In this document: one piece after another, positions 1 to 11,371 of the stretch
How positions within the stretch are numbered: position 1 is the first letter of the stretch
How the letters are laid out: each line of letters opens with the position of its first letter
Source: Octopus sinensis
Taxonomy: Eukaryota
Assembly (NCBI RefSeq): GCF_006345805.1
Contig: NC_043008.1
Location: 62,496,001-62,560,000, forward strand
Reading direction: 5' to 3'
DNA length: 64,000 nt
Notes under the pieces: model-generated
What the model was told of the DNA's origin: nothing
Databases searched by the model: none
Seen by the model: the letters and a program-made list of their open reading frames with translations, nothing else
Program-made: the position numbers and the translations under genes

Positions 1-19
1 TGTATATGAGGTTTCCTAT

Positions 20-300
20 ATTGCATGGCTTCTATCATGATAAGATATTATATTATAGCTAAAACAAATGAGAAATGGTAAACTGCCAGTTTAAGAAAGA
101 ATATTCTTTCAGGTTTGGTCAGTGGAGCAATGAATGAAAAATCTGTTTCAGTTAACCTTTCTAGCACGTTCTATATTTTAGTTCAATGATGTTTTATAAC
201 ATGCTACTGCGATACCGCCATCGTTTCTGCTAAATATAAGAAAAATATTTAATTTACTGTTCCCCAATCCAGTTTCTATTTGCAGTCAGTTTGTGAACAA
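20..300 (-). mobile_element. Highly decayed L1/Tx1-like LINE ORF2 remnant (post-RT region)
   Basis: Manual minus-strand translation gives ...SRNDGGIAVACYK..., resembling the xxxGGLG motif after the L1-clade RT thumb; many stops. Confidence 0.25.
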
Positions 301-426
301 TCAATGGTTTTAGAGTAATCATTTCTATGAATTGTCAGTGAGGTTAGCACCTTACACTGATTAAATTATTAATTCTCAGTTTCCACAGAAAGAAATTTAT
401 ATTGACAGGAAAGACAAGAAAAAAAA

Positions 427-437
427 GAATAATAATG

Positions 438-482
<45 letters not shown>

Positions 483-850
483 GTAAAACATACGAAAAAA
501 TAAAAGATAAAATAAAGAAGAGGGAGAAAAAATTTTTGAAAATGTTCTGGTAGGCAGGAGACCTTGTCAGAATTTTCTCTTTTACATGATGTTATTAATG
601 TATACCTGCTTCTATAATGGTTATCTGCAGTTTCAGCATATATGCATGTATGTATGTATGTATGTATGTATGTATGTATGTATGTATGTATGTATGTATG
701 TATGTATGTATGTATGTATGCATGTATGTATGTATATGTATATGTGTATGTATGTATGTATGTATGTATGTACGTACGTACGTACGTACATATGTATGTA
801 TGCATGTATGCATGTATGTATGTATGTATGTATATATGGATGTATATATT
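427..850. repeat. (AAT)n tract (427-482) and (TATG)n compound microsatellite (641-850)
   Basis: Direct reading; explains ORFs 344..859, 586..1020, 595..999, 617..1015, 633..920 and 642..935. Confidence 0.95.
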
Positions 851-921
851 TGTATGCAATTATATTCATGTGTATATTTATGGAGATTCCATATACACAC
901 ACATATGTACATGCGCACACA

Positions 922-1090
922 AGGCACAGACATAGCTCGGTGGTTCAGAAGCTGGCTTTGCTGCCATATGGTTTCGTGTTCAATCTCGGGACATGGCATT
1001 TTGTGTATCTTCTAGTATGACTCCAAAACAATAAAGATCTTATGAATGAATTTCAGAGACAGAAATTGTGTGGAAGTTTGTTGTGTGATG
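922..1090 (+). mobile_element. Degenerate 5' part of tRNA-derived SINE family B
   Basis: Diverged match to the head of the younger copy at 50020-50435 (A-box/B-box-like region, then tgtcttctagtat...gaatttcagagacagaaa). Confidence 0.45.
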
Positions 1091-1148
1091 GTGTGTGTGT
1101 GTATATCATCATCATCATCGTTTAACGTCCGTTTTCCATGCTAGCATG

Positions 1149-1200
<52 letters not shown>

Positions 1201-1203
<3 letters not shown>

Positions 1204-1385
1204 AGAATTCCCGAAAAAAATCAAAAGACGAAGACAGGTGGTGTAGAAAACAAACAGATGTATTAGTATAACGCTCGGGAATTGAAAAAGTCTTTTACGT
1301 TTCGAGCCTACACTCTTCCATAGAAAGGAACACAGAAAGAAACAAGGAGAGAAAAAAATATGTGTAGAGGCTACACACATATCCA
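1201..1385 (-). mobile_element. PLE-like terminal repeat fragment with degenerate hammerhead-like motif (1292-1327)
   Basis: Reverse complement of 10690-10860; minus strand reads cttt-CTATGGA-a-gag/ctc-GAAAC-GTA-aaag; abuts a (TA)n tract. Confidence 0.5.
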
Positions 1386-2079
1386 CGAAGACACACATAC
1401 ACACACACACACACACACATACATTGGCTTTTGTTTCCATTAAATGGAGATGAACATCGATGTTCCATGTAATAGTCTTTGATAATTGTTGAGGTATTTC
1501 TTAGCATGAAACCGAAGGTAGCCTTAAGACGCAAATAAAGTGTATATCTATCTATTTTCTCCATTCTAGAAAAGATTTTATAAGTGCTACCCACAATTCT
1601 CGTCTCCTTGCCCCCAGGCTATATTTTCTTTGACGGTTCGTCCTTGTCTATTGTCCTAAATCACACTCTGTCATTTTGCTTACTCTTGTCTCTAATTTTA
1701 TGCAAGAAAACTTTTCTTTGTGTGCACCACCAATTGGGAAGCCCTCAGTTTTATCGTTGGTCGATAACTGCTGAAGATTTATAGATCTTCTGTTTGTCTC
1801 CCATTAATTTTTACATTCAGTATACATTATGTCATTTGTTTATACATTTTTCATTTCTCTCTGTCTATGTTTCTGTCTGTCTGTTTCTCTCTCTTTCTCT
1901 CTCCCTCTCTCTCTCTCCCTCTTCCTCTTTCTCTTTCTCCCTCTCTCTATATATAAATATATCTGTTAAAATGAGATGTCAGTGGTATTTTCACTTTTGA
2001 ATAATTTAGTTGACAGTTTATTCACTGCACCATGTATATATATATATATTATATATATATATATCTTTTTATAGTATAT

Positions 2080-2326
2080 TATTATTAATGTTAGGAAAAC
2101 AATATCAAAACTCCTCAGAAATATATACATGTGTCAAAAATAATTGTTGTATTAAAAATATATAAATAAATATGAATATGTATTAAAAATATATAAATAA
2201 ATATGAATATGTATAAATATATATAATGTATATGACAGCTTAAAAGTTTTGAATCAATTATTTAAAGCATCTTACGATCGTTTCACAGAAGAGTGTCCCT
2301 AATGTTTGCTGTCCAGTTTAACAATC

Positions 2327-2378
<52 letters not shown>

Positions 2379-2610
2379 ATAAAATATTATTAGAGACAAA
2401 ACAACTATTTGCAAAACAAACAAGGAAAGACTTAATCAATACATAAAATTTTAATTAATTTTTAAACAGGACAGCAAACATTAAGGCAAGACACAAACAT
2501 CTCAAGTCATATGTAATATTATTATAGGAAGAATATCTTCCTATAATAATATTGTATACAACTTGAGATGTTTGCCTTGCCTTTATGTTTGCTATCCTGT
2601 TTAACAATTA
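2080..2610. mobile_element. AT-rich repeat related to the 11372-11858 palindrome family, including an imperfect hairpin at 2463-2603
   Basis: Shares the tagagacaaaacaactatt...caatacataaaatt segment and the tacgatcgtttca motif with 11385-11530; inverted arms centred on ggaaga-ata-tcttcc. Confidence 0.6.
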
Positions 2611-2749
2611 TATATCCGCTGTGTAGGAAATCTGCAATGGCTCCATAACTACCATCTCGGCTATAACCTTGGAGCCCTAATAATCCGTTACAGCACTTAC
2701 CTAGTGTACCTAATCATTTAGATCACCTGTGAACTAAACCTCCCTACTT

Positions 2750-2793
<44 letters not shown>

Positions 2794-2799
2794 AATCAT

Positions 2800-3270
2800 C
2801 ATTATCCTCATCACCATCATTTAATGTCTGCTTTCCATGCTGGCATGGGTTGGGCAGTTTGACTGAGGACTGGCGAGTCAGATGGTTGCACTGGGCTTCA
2901 ATCTGATCTGGCAGAGTTTCTACAGTTTGATGCCCTTCCTAACACCAACCACTCTGAGAGTGTAATGGGTGCTTTTATATGGCACCGGTACTAGAACCAG
3001 TCAGGCAGTACTGGCAACGGCCATGCTCAAATATGGTTTTTACGTGCCACCTGCACAGGAGCCAGGCCAGTGGCACTGGCAACAACCTCGCTCAAATGTT
3101 GTGTTTTAAGTGCCACCAGCACAAGAGCTAGTAAGGCGACACTGGTAACGATCACACTCGAATGGTACATTTTATGTGCCACCAGCACAGGAGCCAGTCA
3201 GCGGCCCTGGCAATGATCATGCTTGGATGGTGCTCTTAGTGCTCCACTTGCACAGATGCCAGTTATGCAG
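2800..3270 (-). mobile_element. (GAT)n-tailed RTE-derived element with internal ~60-bp repeats
   Basis: Reverse complement of the tail gtggcacgtaaaagcaccc...ggaagggcatc...catgctagcatggaaagcggacgttaaa(tga)n seen at 37430-37815 and 41662-42040. Confidence 0.8.
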
Positions 3271-3315
3271 AGTGGTCATCGAATTTGATTTCGATTTGGA
3301 TTTTTGCCGATACAT

Positions 3316-3436
3316 AATATGTGACAATTAGTTGGTTGTCATAAAATTCAGAACTGATGAGATGTGGGAGCAGACTTCAGCCCCAGCATCTGAAACTCTG
3401 AGTTTTATTATGACAACCAACCAATTGTCACATATT
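3316..3436 (+). repeat. ~120-bp hairpin element enclosing a hammerhead-like core
   Basis: Arms aatatgtgacaattagttggttgtcataaaattcaga and tctgagttttattatgacaaccaaccaattgtcacatatt; the loop has CTGATGA (3354-3360), a stem gatg.tggg/ccccagcatc, and GAAAC (3392-3396). Confidence 0.7.
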
Positions 3437-3629
3437 TTTATAGATAAATTCCTTTGGTTTACATAATATCGAGGTCTCATTCATTCTTTTGTTGTCATAT
3501 TATTATTATATTATTATTATTATTATATATATATATACACACACACACATATATATACATATATACACACAGATATATATATATATATATAATATATATA
3601 TATATATATTATATATATATATATATATG

Positions 3630-3845
3630 TAAAGTTAATCCAAACAAGAAAACACAAAAAAACAAAACACACAACAATGCGAGGACATGGAACAAATAAA
3701 GTATTATTGGACGCTCAGGAAAGAAGGGAAGAAGGAGGGTTTAACGTTTCGAGTGGAGCTCTTCGTCGGAAACATAGGAGAAGGAAAGATCCCGAGAAGG
3801 GAAGACAGGGGAAAAAATGGCCAGCGGTACTCACGAGGTCACATA
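3630..3845 (-). mobile_element. PLE-like terminal repeat fragment between (TA)n tracts
   Basis: Carries the hammerhead-like motif at 3739-3773; flanked on both sides by (TA)n. Confidence 0.55.
3739..3773 (-). ncRNA. Minimal type I hammerhead ribozyme-like motif (U4C variant)
   Basis: Minus strand GUUU-CCGACGA-A-GAG(CUCCA)CUC-GAAAC-GUU-AAAC: perfect 4-bp stem I, 3-bp stem II, palindromic AACGUU stem III. Confidence 0.55.
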
Positions 3846-3869
3846 TTATATATATATATTCTTCTGTTT

Positions 3870-4120
3870 TTGACTTGGTTCAGTCATTTGGGTGCCATTT
3901 ACGTGGTACCATCACCAGTGCTTTTTGCATGGCACCATCACATTCACCAATGCTTGTTATGTGGAACTTTGGTTTTTATGATCTCCTTTCTGTTGTGGTG
4001 AGCAGGTTTTCTTGAATACAACAATGAGCCACATAGCTTGGTCCTCTGTCATTTCCTTCGTAAGGTTCAGCATTGTGAGATCAGCCTTTAGTACTTTGTC
4101 CAATGTCTTCCTGGCAATAT
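3870..4120 (-). mobile_element. RTE-clade LINE 3' fragment
   Basis: Minus translation PRKTLDKVLKADLTMLNLTKEMTEDQAMW...KT matches the RTE C-terminus (GRPRKTW..VV..DL..L.LT..MT.DR..W); followed by gtaccacgtaaatggcaccc, the module found in the (GAT)n-tailed elements. Confidence 0.7.
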
Positions 4121-4451
4121 ATATATCAATTCAAGGATGTTGGTAGAAGATGCTTGGCCAATATTCTATCCAATGTGTGCAAACTTAAAACCTTGATGGC
4201 TACAAAGCAACCTCTTTCACCATACAGTCATTTCTTTTCTGTTCCTATAAAACTTAAACACACACGTGTGTGCACATACACACACAAACACACGAACACA
4301 CACACACAGCAGATATAATTATTGATTCTCTCATTGATTTCAATCAATCAATGCTACAGTTGTTCAATATGCAGAATTATCTATATTCATTGATCTATAA
4401 GTTTACATATATGAACACTGACACCCCACCACACACAAACAAACATGTATA

Positions 4452-4488
<37 letters not shown>

Positions 4489-4552
4489 TTAACCATTTTT
4501 GTGTGATTTTCTTTTTTATTGTAGAATATTCTTTCAAAGATCCTGAGTAACA

Positions 4553-4830
4553 TCATCATCATCATCGTTTAACATCTGCTTTCCATGCTAGCATGGGCTG
4601 GGCGATTTGACTGAGGACTGGTGAACCAGATGGCTGCACCAGGGTCCAATCTTGATCTGGCAGAGTTTCTACAGCTGGATGCCATTCCTAACGCCAACCA
4701 CTCCAAGAGTGTAGTTAAGGAAAAAATTCAACCCCGGCGGAATTTGAACTCGGACTGTAAAGACGAACCAACTGCTACTAAGCATTTTCCCAGCATGCTA
4801 ATGATTCCGCCAGCTCACCAACCCATTTTT
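4553..4830 (-). mobile_element. (GAT)n-tailed element 3' part (4553-4712) abutting a SINE family A head fragment (4720-4830)
   Basis: Sequence identity with other copies in the window. Confidence 0.7.
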
Positions 4831-5479
4831 ACCATTTTATACCAGAAACAAATATAATGTCCTAAGACAGGTGTTAATGTTTCATTTCTCTCTGCACATG
4901 ATTAGCAAATACAGTCATCAAATATTGTATTCTTATTTTGATGACTGATGATGATGCTGTTGTTGTTGTTGTCATTGTTTTTATAGTTATGTTCTTGCTG
5001 TTTCTAAGGTCAAAGCTGATTAAGTAGAGCAATGATCAAAGACATCCTAATCAAGATCATGTCATTATTTATTCAGACATAACGTATCCATAATTACAAT
5101 AACAGGAACAAACTGGCGGAACATTTATACCACTGGACAGAATGTGTTTTGACGTTTCATCCTACGTTCTGTACTCTGAAGTCAAATCCCAGAAAGGTCA
5201 AACTTGGCTTTCATCCCTTTGGTGTTAATAAATAATGTACCAGTCCATTAATGGGATGAATTTCTCCCTCTCATTCCCTCCATCTCTGTCTGTCAATTTG
5301 TCTGTCTCTCTCTATTGTTCTTACTAGCTTGCTACAATGTACTAGTCATTTAAATATCCAACCAACCTAATAGATTACTCATCATCGAATCTAGCAGAGA
5401 ATCCACCGTACTATTGCATTACGCAATGTATAATAAATTTTTAAGTGTCATTTGATGAGATTTTGGCTGCTGTGTCTAG

Positions 5480-5740
5480 CAAATTGCACTGTATTTATTC
5501 TTTTACTTGTTTCAGTCGCTCGACTGCGGCCATGTTGGAGCACCACCTTGAAGTGTTTTTAATCAGACAAATCGATGCCGGATTTCTTTTTTTAAAGCCT
5601 AGTACTTATTCTATCGGTTTCTTTTGCCGAAATTTAAATTTACGGTGACATAAACACAACAACACCAGTTGTGATGTGGTGATGGGGTGGGGACAAACAC
5701 AGACTCAAAAACACACACACGTGCATATACACACGCATGC
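5480..5740 (-). mobile_element. SINE family B, 3' half
   Basis: ttcagtc...gactgcggccatgttggagcacc...aagcctagtacttattctatcgg is the reverse complement of the family B tail. Confidence 0.75.
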
Positions 5741-5812
5741 ACACACACACATATAGATATATAGTCCAACCCACGCTAGCATAGACAACAAACTTTAATG
5801 ATGATGATGATG

Positions 5813-5848
<36 letters not shown>

Positions 5849-6177
5849 CCTACTGCTGATCCAAAAGTGGTGCTATCCTTATAAAAGTGCCACCCAGTGC
5901 AGACTGCCCCCTCTTCCCTGTTCTAGTTACCATAGTGTCACCCCTACCATTACCGGCACCTCTAAGAGAAACTGTGTTTTACATTTGCTTTTCCTTCCTG
6001 ATATAGGTTATATATTTCACCTTTTTTTTTAATGGAAGTTTTTGCAGGTTTCCCTCCAGCTTCCATCCCTTTTAGTTCCATTTTAAAATATGAAGTGATG
6101 TAGTGAACCAATTCCTAAACCTGGATGCAAACTGCAAGATTTGTTAAAAATGACCTTTAGGGACATTTGATTATTCT

Positions 6178-6418
6178 TATTTCTTATTTCTTTATAACCC
6201 ACAAGGGGCTAAACCTAGAGGGGACAAACAAGGACAGACAAAGGGATTAAGTCGATTACATTGACCCCAGTGTGTAACTGGTACTTAATTTATCGACCCC
6301 GAAAGGATGAAAGGCGAAGTCGACCTCGGTGGAATTTGAACTCTGAACGTAATTGTAGACAAAGTACCACTAAGCATTTCGCCCGGTGTGCTAACGTTTC
6401 TGCCAGTTCACCGCCTTG
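6178..6418 (-). mobile_element. tRNA-derived SINE family A, near full length
   Basis: Reverse complement reads ggcggtgaactggcagaaacgttagc...gagttcaaattccaccgaggtcgac...gtttgtcccctct...gggttataaagaaata; many copies in the window. Confidence 0.85.
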
Positions 6419-7578
6419 ATTAATCTTTGATTATTCTTTTGACTCTTGTTTAGCCATCAAGTCAGCTCTGACTCTGATTGAATAAATTTTTAACCAAAGA
6501 TATTCCATCCATGACCTTCACCTTCCTCTCATGTTGTTTTGTATCTATATTTTAATCTAGTGTATCTCAGACAACATTATTCCAATGAGTCAATTTTGAA
6601 GGTGGTGTAATGTAATCCAGTAGAAATTTAGCTGCTATTTCTAGCAACTTAAGCAACAGCCTCATGGAGACTTTTCTCCATTTGTTAAGGCAGATATTAA
6701 ACACACATTACAAGCAAAGATTCAATGCCTTTTTCCCCCAATGTTACAGAGATGTTATACAGATTTATTTGTATTTAAGGGCTACTGAAACTCATTTTTA
6801 TTAGCAACAGGTACGCTGAGCAGGACTCAGTGATAGATTTACAGATTAGATACTGGGCTAGTGTTTGTAATATCTACAGCATCATTTATTTTCTGTAATC
6901 TCTATTGTGGATTTTTGTTGCTTCTAATGGAAATCTTATCTCATTGTGACATATAATTTCCATTTTCTCACCATTCTTGCTTCTACTGTTTAACCTCTGA
7001 TTAGAACTTTTAGATGTGTCATGATTCTAGTCTTTAAGAATCATCCCATATACCTTTTCTAAACTCTAACACATGTTCATGGTAAGTAATATATGTGGTT
7101 TTTCGATCCTTCCTATCTGTTGAGAAGATTTAGCTTTAGTGAGATAATAGCATGGAACGTAGCATTAACCTTGGACAGATGCTGATCTAATGTTGTATTG
7201 ATCATTAATACATTGCATCATTTCAGCAAGCTTTACATCTGCTTGTCAAAAGATAACTTCCACAGAACGCTATTTAATGTTTCATACAGATCAGAAAGTA
7301 ATATTTCAAATGCAGTATAGCCGTGAAAACAGCAGAAAAATTAGATATTTTACACTTATATGATGGAAAAAGTCGTCAACAGACAGCCACTACCAAATCT
7401 TTCTGATATTTTCATGGTTATACTGAATTCAAAATATTATTTTCTTGTCTGTATGATACGATGCACATTCAACACTTCCGAAAACAAAAAAAAAGTTTGT
7501 TTATATATTTACATATGTTGTTGCATTTCAAATAAGTTATGTATTTAGTATTTAATTAAGGATAGATTGTCGTCAGAA

Positions 7579-7648
7579 GGCAGTTTAGCTTAATGGTAGA
7601 GTACTAAGCTGGCATCTCAGAGGTACGGGTTCAAGTCCCATGGTTGTC
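7579..7648 (+). pseudogene. Degenerate tRNA-like sequence (tRNA pseudogene or isolated SINE head), anticodon position GGC
   Basis: Cloverleaf can be drawn: acceptor ggcagtt/ggttgtc (wobble-rich), D arm gctt/gagt, anticodon arm ctaag/ctcag with loop ctggcat, T loop ttcaagt; mismatches in three stems. Confidence 0.55.
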
Positions 7649-7759
7649 TGCTGGCAACATTTTCCCTCATATACTGTGTTTGAAATATTATTTCCTTGTC
7701 TGTACACTACGATACACATTTGATGCTTCCAAAAAACAAACGAGTTCGCTTACATATAT

Positions 7760-8290
7760 TCTTTTCTACTCTAGGCACAAGGCCTGAAATTTTGGGGGAT
7801 GGGCCCAGTTGATTAGATCAATACCTGTATACTCAATTCATCGACCCCGAAAGAATGAAAGGCAAAGTTGACCACAGCAGAATTTGAACTCAGAATATAA
7901 AGACATATGAAATACCGCTAAGCATTTTGCCCAGTATGCTAAAGTTTCTGCCAGCTTGTCGCCTTCATATATTTATTTATATTTCTTTACTACCCACAAG
8001 GGGCTAAACACAGAGGGGACAAACAAGGACAGACAAACAGATTAAGTCGATTACATCGACCCCAGTGCATAACTGGTACTTAATTTATCGACCCTGAAAG
8101 GATGAAAGGCAAAGTCGATCTCGGTGGAATTTGAACTCAGAACGTAATGGCAGACAAAATATGGCTATGCATTTCACCCGGTGGGCTAACGATTCTGCCA
8201 GCTCACCACCTTTTCGAGCTCGCCACTTTTACACATGAAATACCACCAAGCATTTTGCCCAGTGTGCTAACATTTCTACCAGCTTGTAGA
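7760..8290 (-). mobile_element. Cluster of SINE family A copies (7760-7965, 7975-8200, head fragment 8230-8290)
   Basis: Repeated matches to 6178-6418 in the same orientation. Confidence 0.8.
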
Positions 8291-9142
8291 CTTCATATAT
8301 TCTTGCACAACTTAATGTATATAATCCTTACAGCATTTCCCAAATGGTATACAGAATGACAAACTAATGAACCATGAAATCTCAATAAATCATTTTTATC
8401 ATTACTGTTTCACTGCACACCTTTCATTGCTTGCATGTTTTATGACAGAGTTTATTGAAGTAAATTTTCCTATAGATGGATAACACCCACCAGTTGTCAA
8501 CCTTTCCCTGTATTCAAGCAGGCTAATACTTTTCCATGGCCAAACATGTTCTTGCAAAATGTCGCAAATGAATGACGTTCATTTGCAGTAAGCATGCAAT
8601 GTCAAACCAAAGAGATACAAACATACAAACACACACACACATAAATATATATACATTCATACATACCTACATACATATATACGTACATACATACAAATAT
8701 GCATACATTCATTCAAGGATGCATACATACATACACACATACATACAAACATACATGCATATATACATACATGCATACATACATACATTCATAAAACTTT
8801 TAAGTCTATCTCTACAGACTTTCTATAAAATTCAGTGCCCACACTGAAAGTTAGGTCTTTTCATGTACAAATATTTTTATGCAATCAATGCAGTTTCAAT
8901 TGAAGTTAGAAAGAATATGTAATGAGTGTATATACATATTTCAAGAGTTATTACTCTTTCATCAGTACCACATCCAACCCATCAACTATCCATGAATGCA
9001 TTGCTTAAATACCCTCTAAGTTTAGTGATGTACCATTTTGGTCTTTAATAACTGCAGCAAATATATAATAAAAGAAAGACATACATACATACATGCAGAT
9101 ATATACAAATACATGCATACATACATACACACATGCATACAT

Positions 9143-9292
9143 GGTGGTTGTCTACTCCTTATGCAGAGTCTGACCACCGCTTGTACTTACTCCTTAGATC
9201 CATTATGGCATCTGATGTGGCTTTTTAAACCAGACATTGTATTGAAAAGACACCCACATAGATTGCATATCTGATTTGGACCACAAACAACT
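9143..9292 (-). mobile_element. Short LINE-like 3' fragment encoding one C2H2 zinc finger, embedded in (CATA)n
   Basis: Minus strand 9267-9205 translates CNLCGCLFNTMSGLKSHIRCH (CxxC...F.....L..H...H) followed shortly by a stop; a terminal C2H2 finger occurs in BovB-like RTE ORFs. Confidence 0.55.
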
Positions 9293-9436
9293 ACATACAT
9301 ACATACATACATACATACATACAGACATACATACATACATACATACATACACATACATACATACATACATACACACATACACACACACATACATACATAC
9401 ATACATACATACATACACACATACACACACATACAT

Positions 9437-9467
<31 letters not shown>

Positions 9468-9551
9468 TACATACATACATACATACATACATGCATACAT
9501 ACATACATACATACACACATACATACATACAAGCATACATACATACATACA

Positions 9552-9580
<29 letters not shown>
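9293..9580. repeat. (CATA)n microsatellite
   Basis: Direct reading; explains ORFs 9187..9576, 9203..9580, 9276..9623 and 9291..9752. Confidence 0.95.
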
Positions 9581-9582
<2 letters not shown>

Positions 9583-9594
9583 TTATGTATTATA

Positions 9595-9885
9595 TTAAGG
9601 CAGTGAGCTGGCAGCAACGTTAGCATGCCAGGCAAAATGCCTAGCATTATCTCATCTGACTTTACATTTAAAGGTGGTGAGCTGGCAGAATCGTTAGTGT
9701 GTTGGACAAAATGCTTAGCGGCATTTCGCCCATCACTACGTTCTGAGTTCAAATTCCACCAGGGTCAACTTTGCCTTTCATCCTTTTGGGGTCAATAAAT
9801 TTAAGTACCAGTCAAGTACTGGCGGTCAATGTAATTGACTAGTCCCCTCCCTACAAATTTCAGGCCTTGTGCCTGCCTATAGTAG
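9595..9885 (+). mobile_element. SINE family A with duplicated head
   Basis: Two consecutive gtgagctggcagca/gaa...cgttagc heads, then the body gagttcaaattccaccagggtcaactttgcctttcatcc. Confidence 0.8.
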
Positions 9886-10144
9886 AAAGGATATTTATGT
9901 ATTATATCGCGAGAATATGTTTTGCAGAAATGCATTTCACTGAAGTGCACAAAAGCAGTGAAAATAATCACTGACATAGCAAGCAAATGCCTAACTAAAT
10001 AAAAATCCATTACAAGCAACAGAAGCAGTATTAGATCAAAACAGCCATTTATGTAACATACATAATGCAAATACTTTGTGGTAGACAAAATTTACTGCAG
10101 TATTTATCCAGAGATTAGATTTCCAATGGACACACTGTACTTAA

Positions 10145-10345
10145 AAAGACCTGTGCCGGTGACACATTAAAGGCACCTATACGCTCTGTGGAATGGTTGG
10201 TGTTGGGGAAGGCATCAAGCAGTAGAAACCAAGCCAAAACAGATTGGAGGCTGGTGCAGTTCCCTGGCTTACGAGTTCCAGTTGAACCGTCTTATCATAT
10301 ATGAGCATGGAAAACAGACACTAAAGGATAATGATGATGATGATG
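10145..10345 (+). mobile_element. (GAT)n-tailed RTE-derived element, 3' part
   Basis: gccggtgacacattaaaggcacc...gaaggcatc...gcatggaaaacagacactaaa...gatgatgat. Confidence 0.7.
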
Positions 10346-10689
10346 TAAATACATACATACATATATATATACATACATACATACATATATACATATATAT
10401 ATTTAAATATAATTAAGGGTTTAGCAACAAGTTGCTTCACCACATACCGAAATTTAGAAATAGCAGCCAAATGACAGCTAATTCTTTTTCACTACAAATA
10501 TGACTCCACAGACAACAATATTTGTAACTCACATAGGCAGAAAGAAGAAAAAATAACGAAATCAAACAGTCTTCAATTAATTATGGACGCATTTCTGGAT
10601 TAGAATTATAAAAATTCCTTTCTGTCATCAACATAATATTTCGAGAATTATAAATTTGAAAATGCTATAAATTTGAAAAGTACAATGGT

Positions 10690-10860
10690 AGCCACTACAC
10701 ATATTTTTTTTCTCTCCTTGTATCTTTCTGTGTTCCTTTCTGTGGAAGAGCATAGGCTCGAAACATAAAAGACCTTCAATTCCCGAGCGTTATACTAATG
10801 CATCTATTTATTTTCTACACCACCTGTCTTCGTCTTGTGTTTTTTTCATGAATTCTCCCT
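10690..10860 (+). mobile_element. PLE-like terminal repeat with hammerhead-like motif (10736-10771)
   Basis: cttt-CTGTGGA-a-gagc(atag)gctc-GAAAC-ATA-aaag; same family as 1201-1385; ends in (TA)n. Confidence 0.5.
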
Positions 10861-10917
10861 ATATATATATATATGTGTATATCATTGTCAGCATATATAT
10901 ATATATATATACACACA

Positions 10918-11138
10918 CACAAAAGTGTGCTGAAAAATTCCTGGCTTTAAGGGTATCGAGAAAGGCCCAGTTGGAGGCCCAATCTCCCAAGTTCTTTTAC
11001 GAAGCTTTGAAAAGCTGATGGACCAGTGCAATAAGTGTATGAATCTGAGAGGGGAGTATGCTGGATAAAATCATAGTTAACTGATCCTCCTGTATTTTCT
11101 TTTACCCAAAGCCAGGAACTTTTCACCACATCCTCGTA
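10918..11138 (+). mobile_element. Internally deleted mariner (MITE-like)
   Basis: Imperfect TIRs gtgctgaaaaattcctggcttt / aaagccaggaacttttcaccacatcctcgta; internal frame [20 protein letters not shown] resembles the mariner transposase C-terminus. Confidence 0.75.
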
Positions 11139-11168
11139 TGTGTGTATGTACATAGTTATATATATACG

Positions 11169-11229
<61 letters not shown>

Positions 11230-11371
11230 CATATATATATGAATATACATATACATATACATACATATATATATATATATATATAATAAAATATTAGGGA
11301 ATAAATCCAAACTTACAGGGAAAAATCAGATTTAGGATTAAATCCAATTTTATAGTAAAATATATTATATT

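Noticed and set aside
344-1020. Six overlapping 95-171-aa ORFs
   Set aside because: All are translations of (TATG)n/(AAT)n microsatellites.
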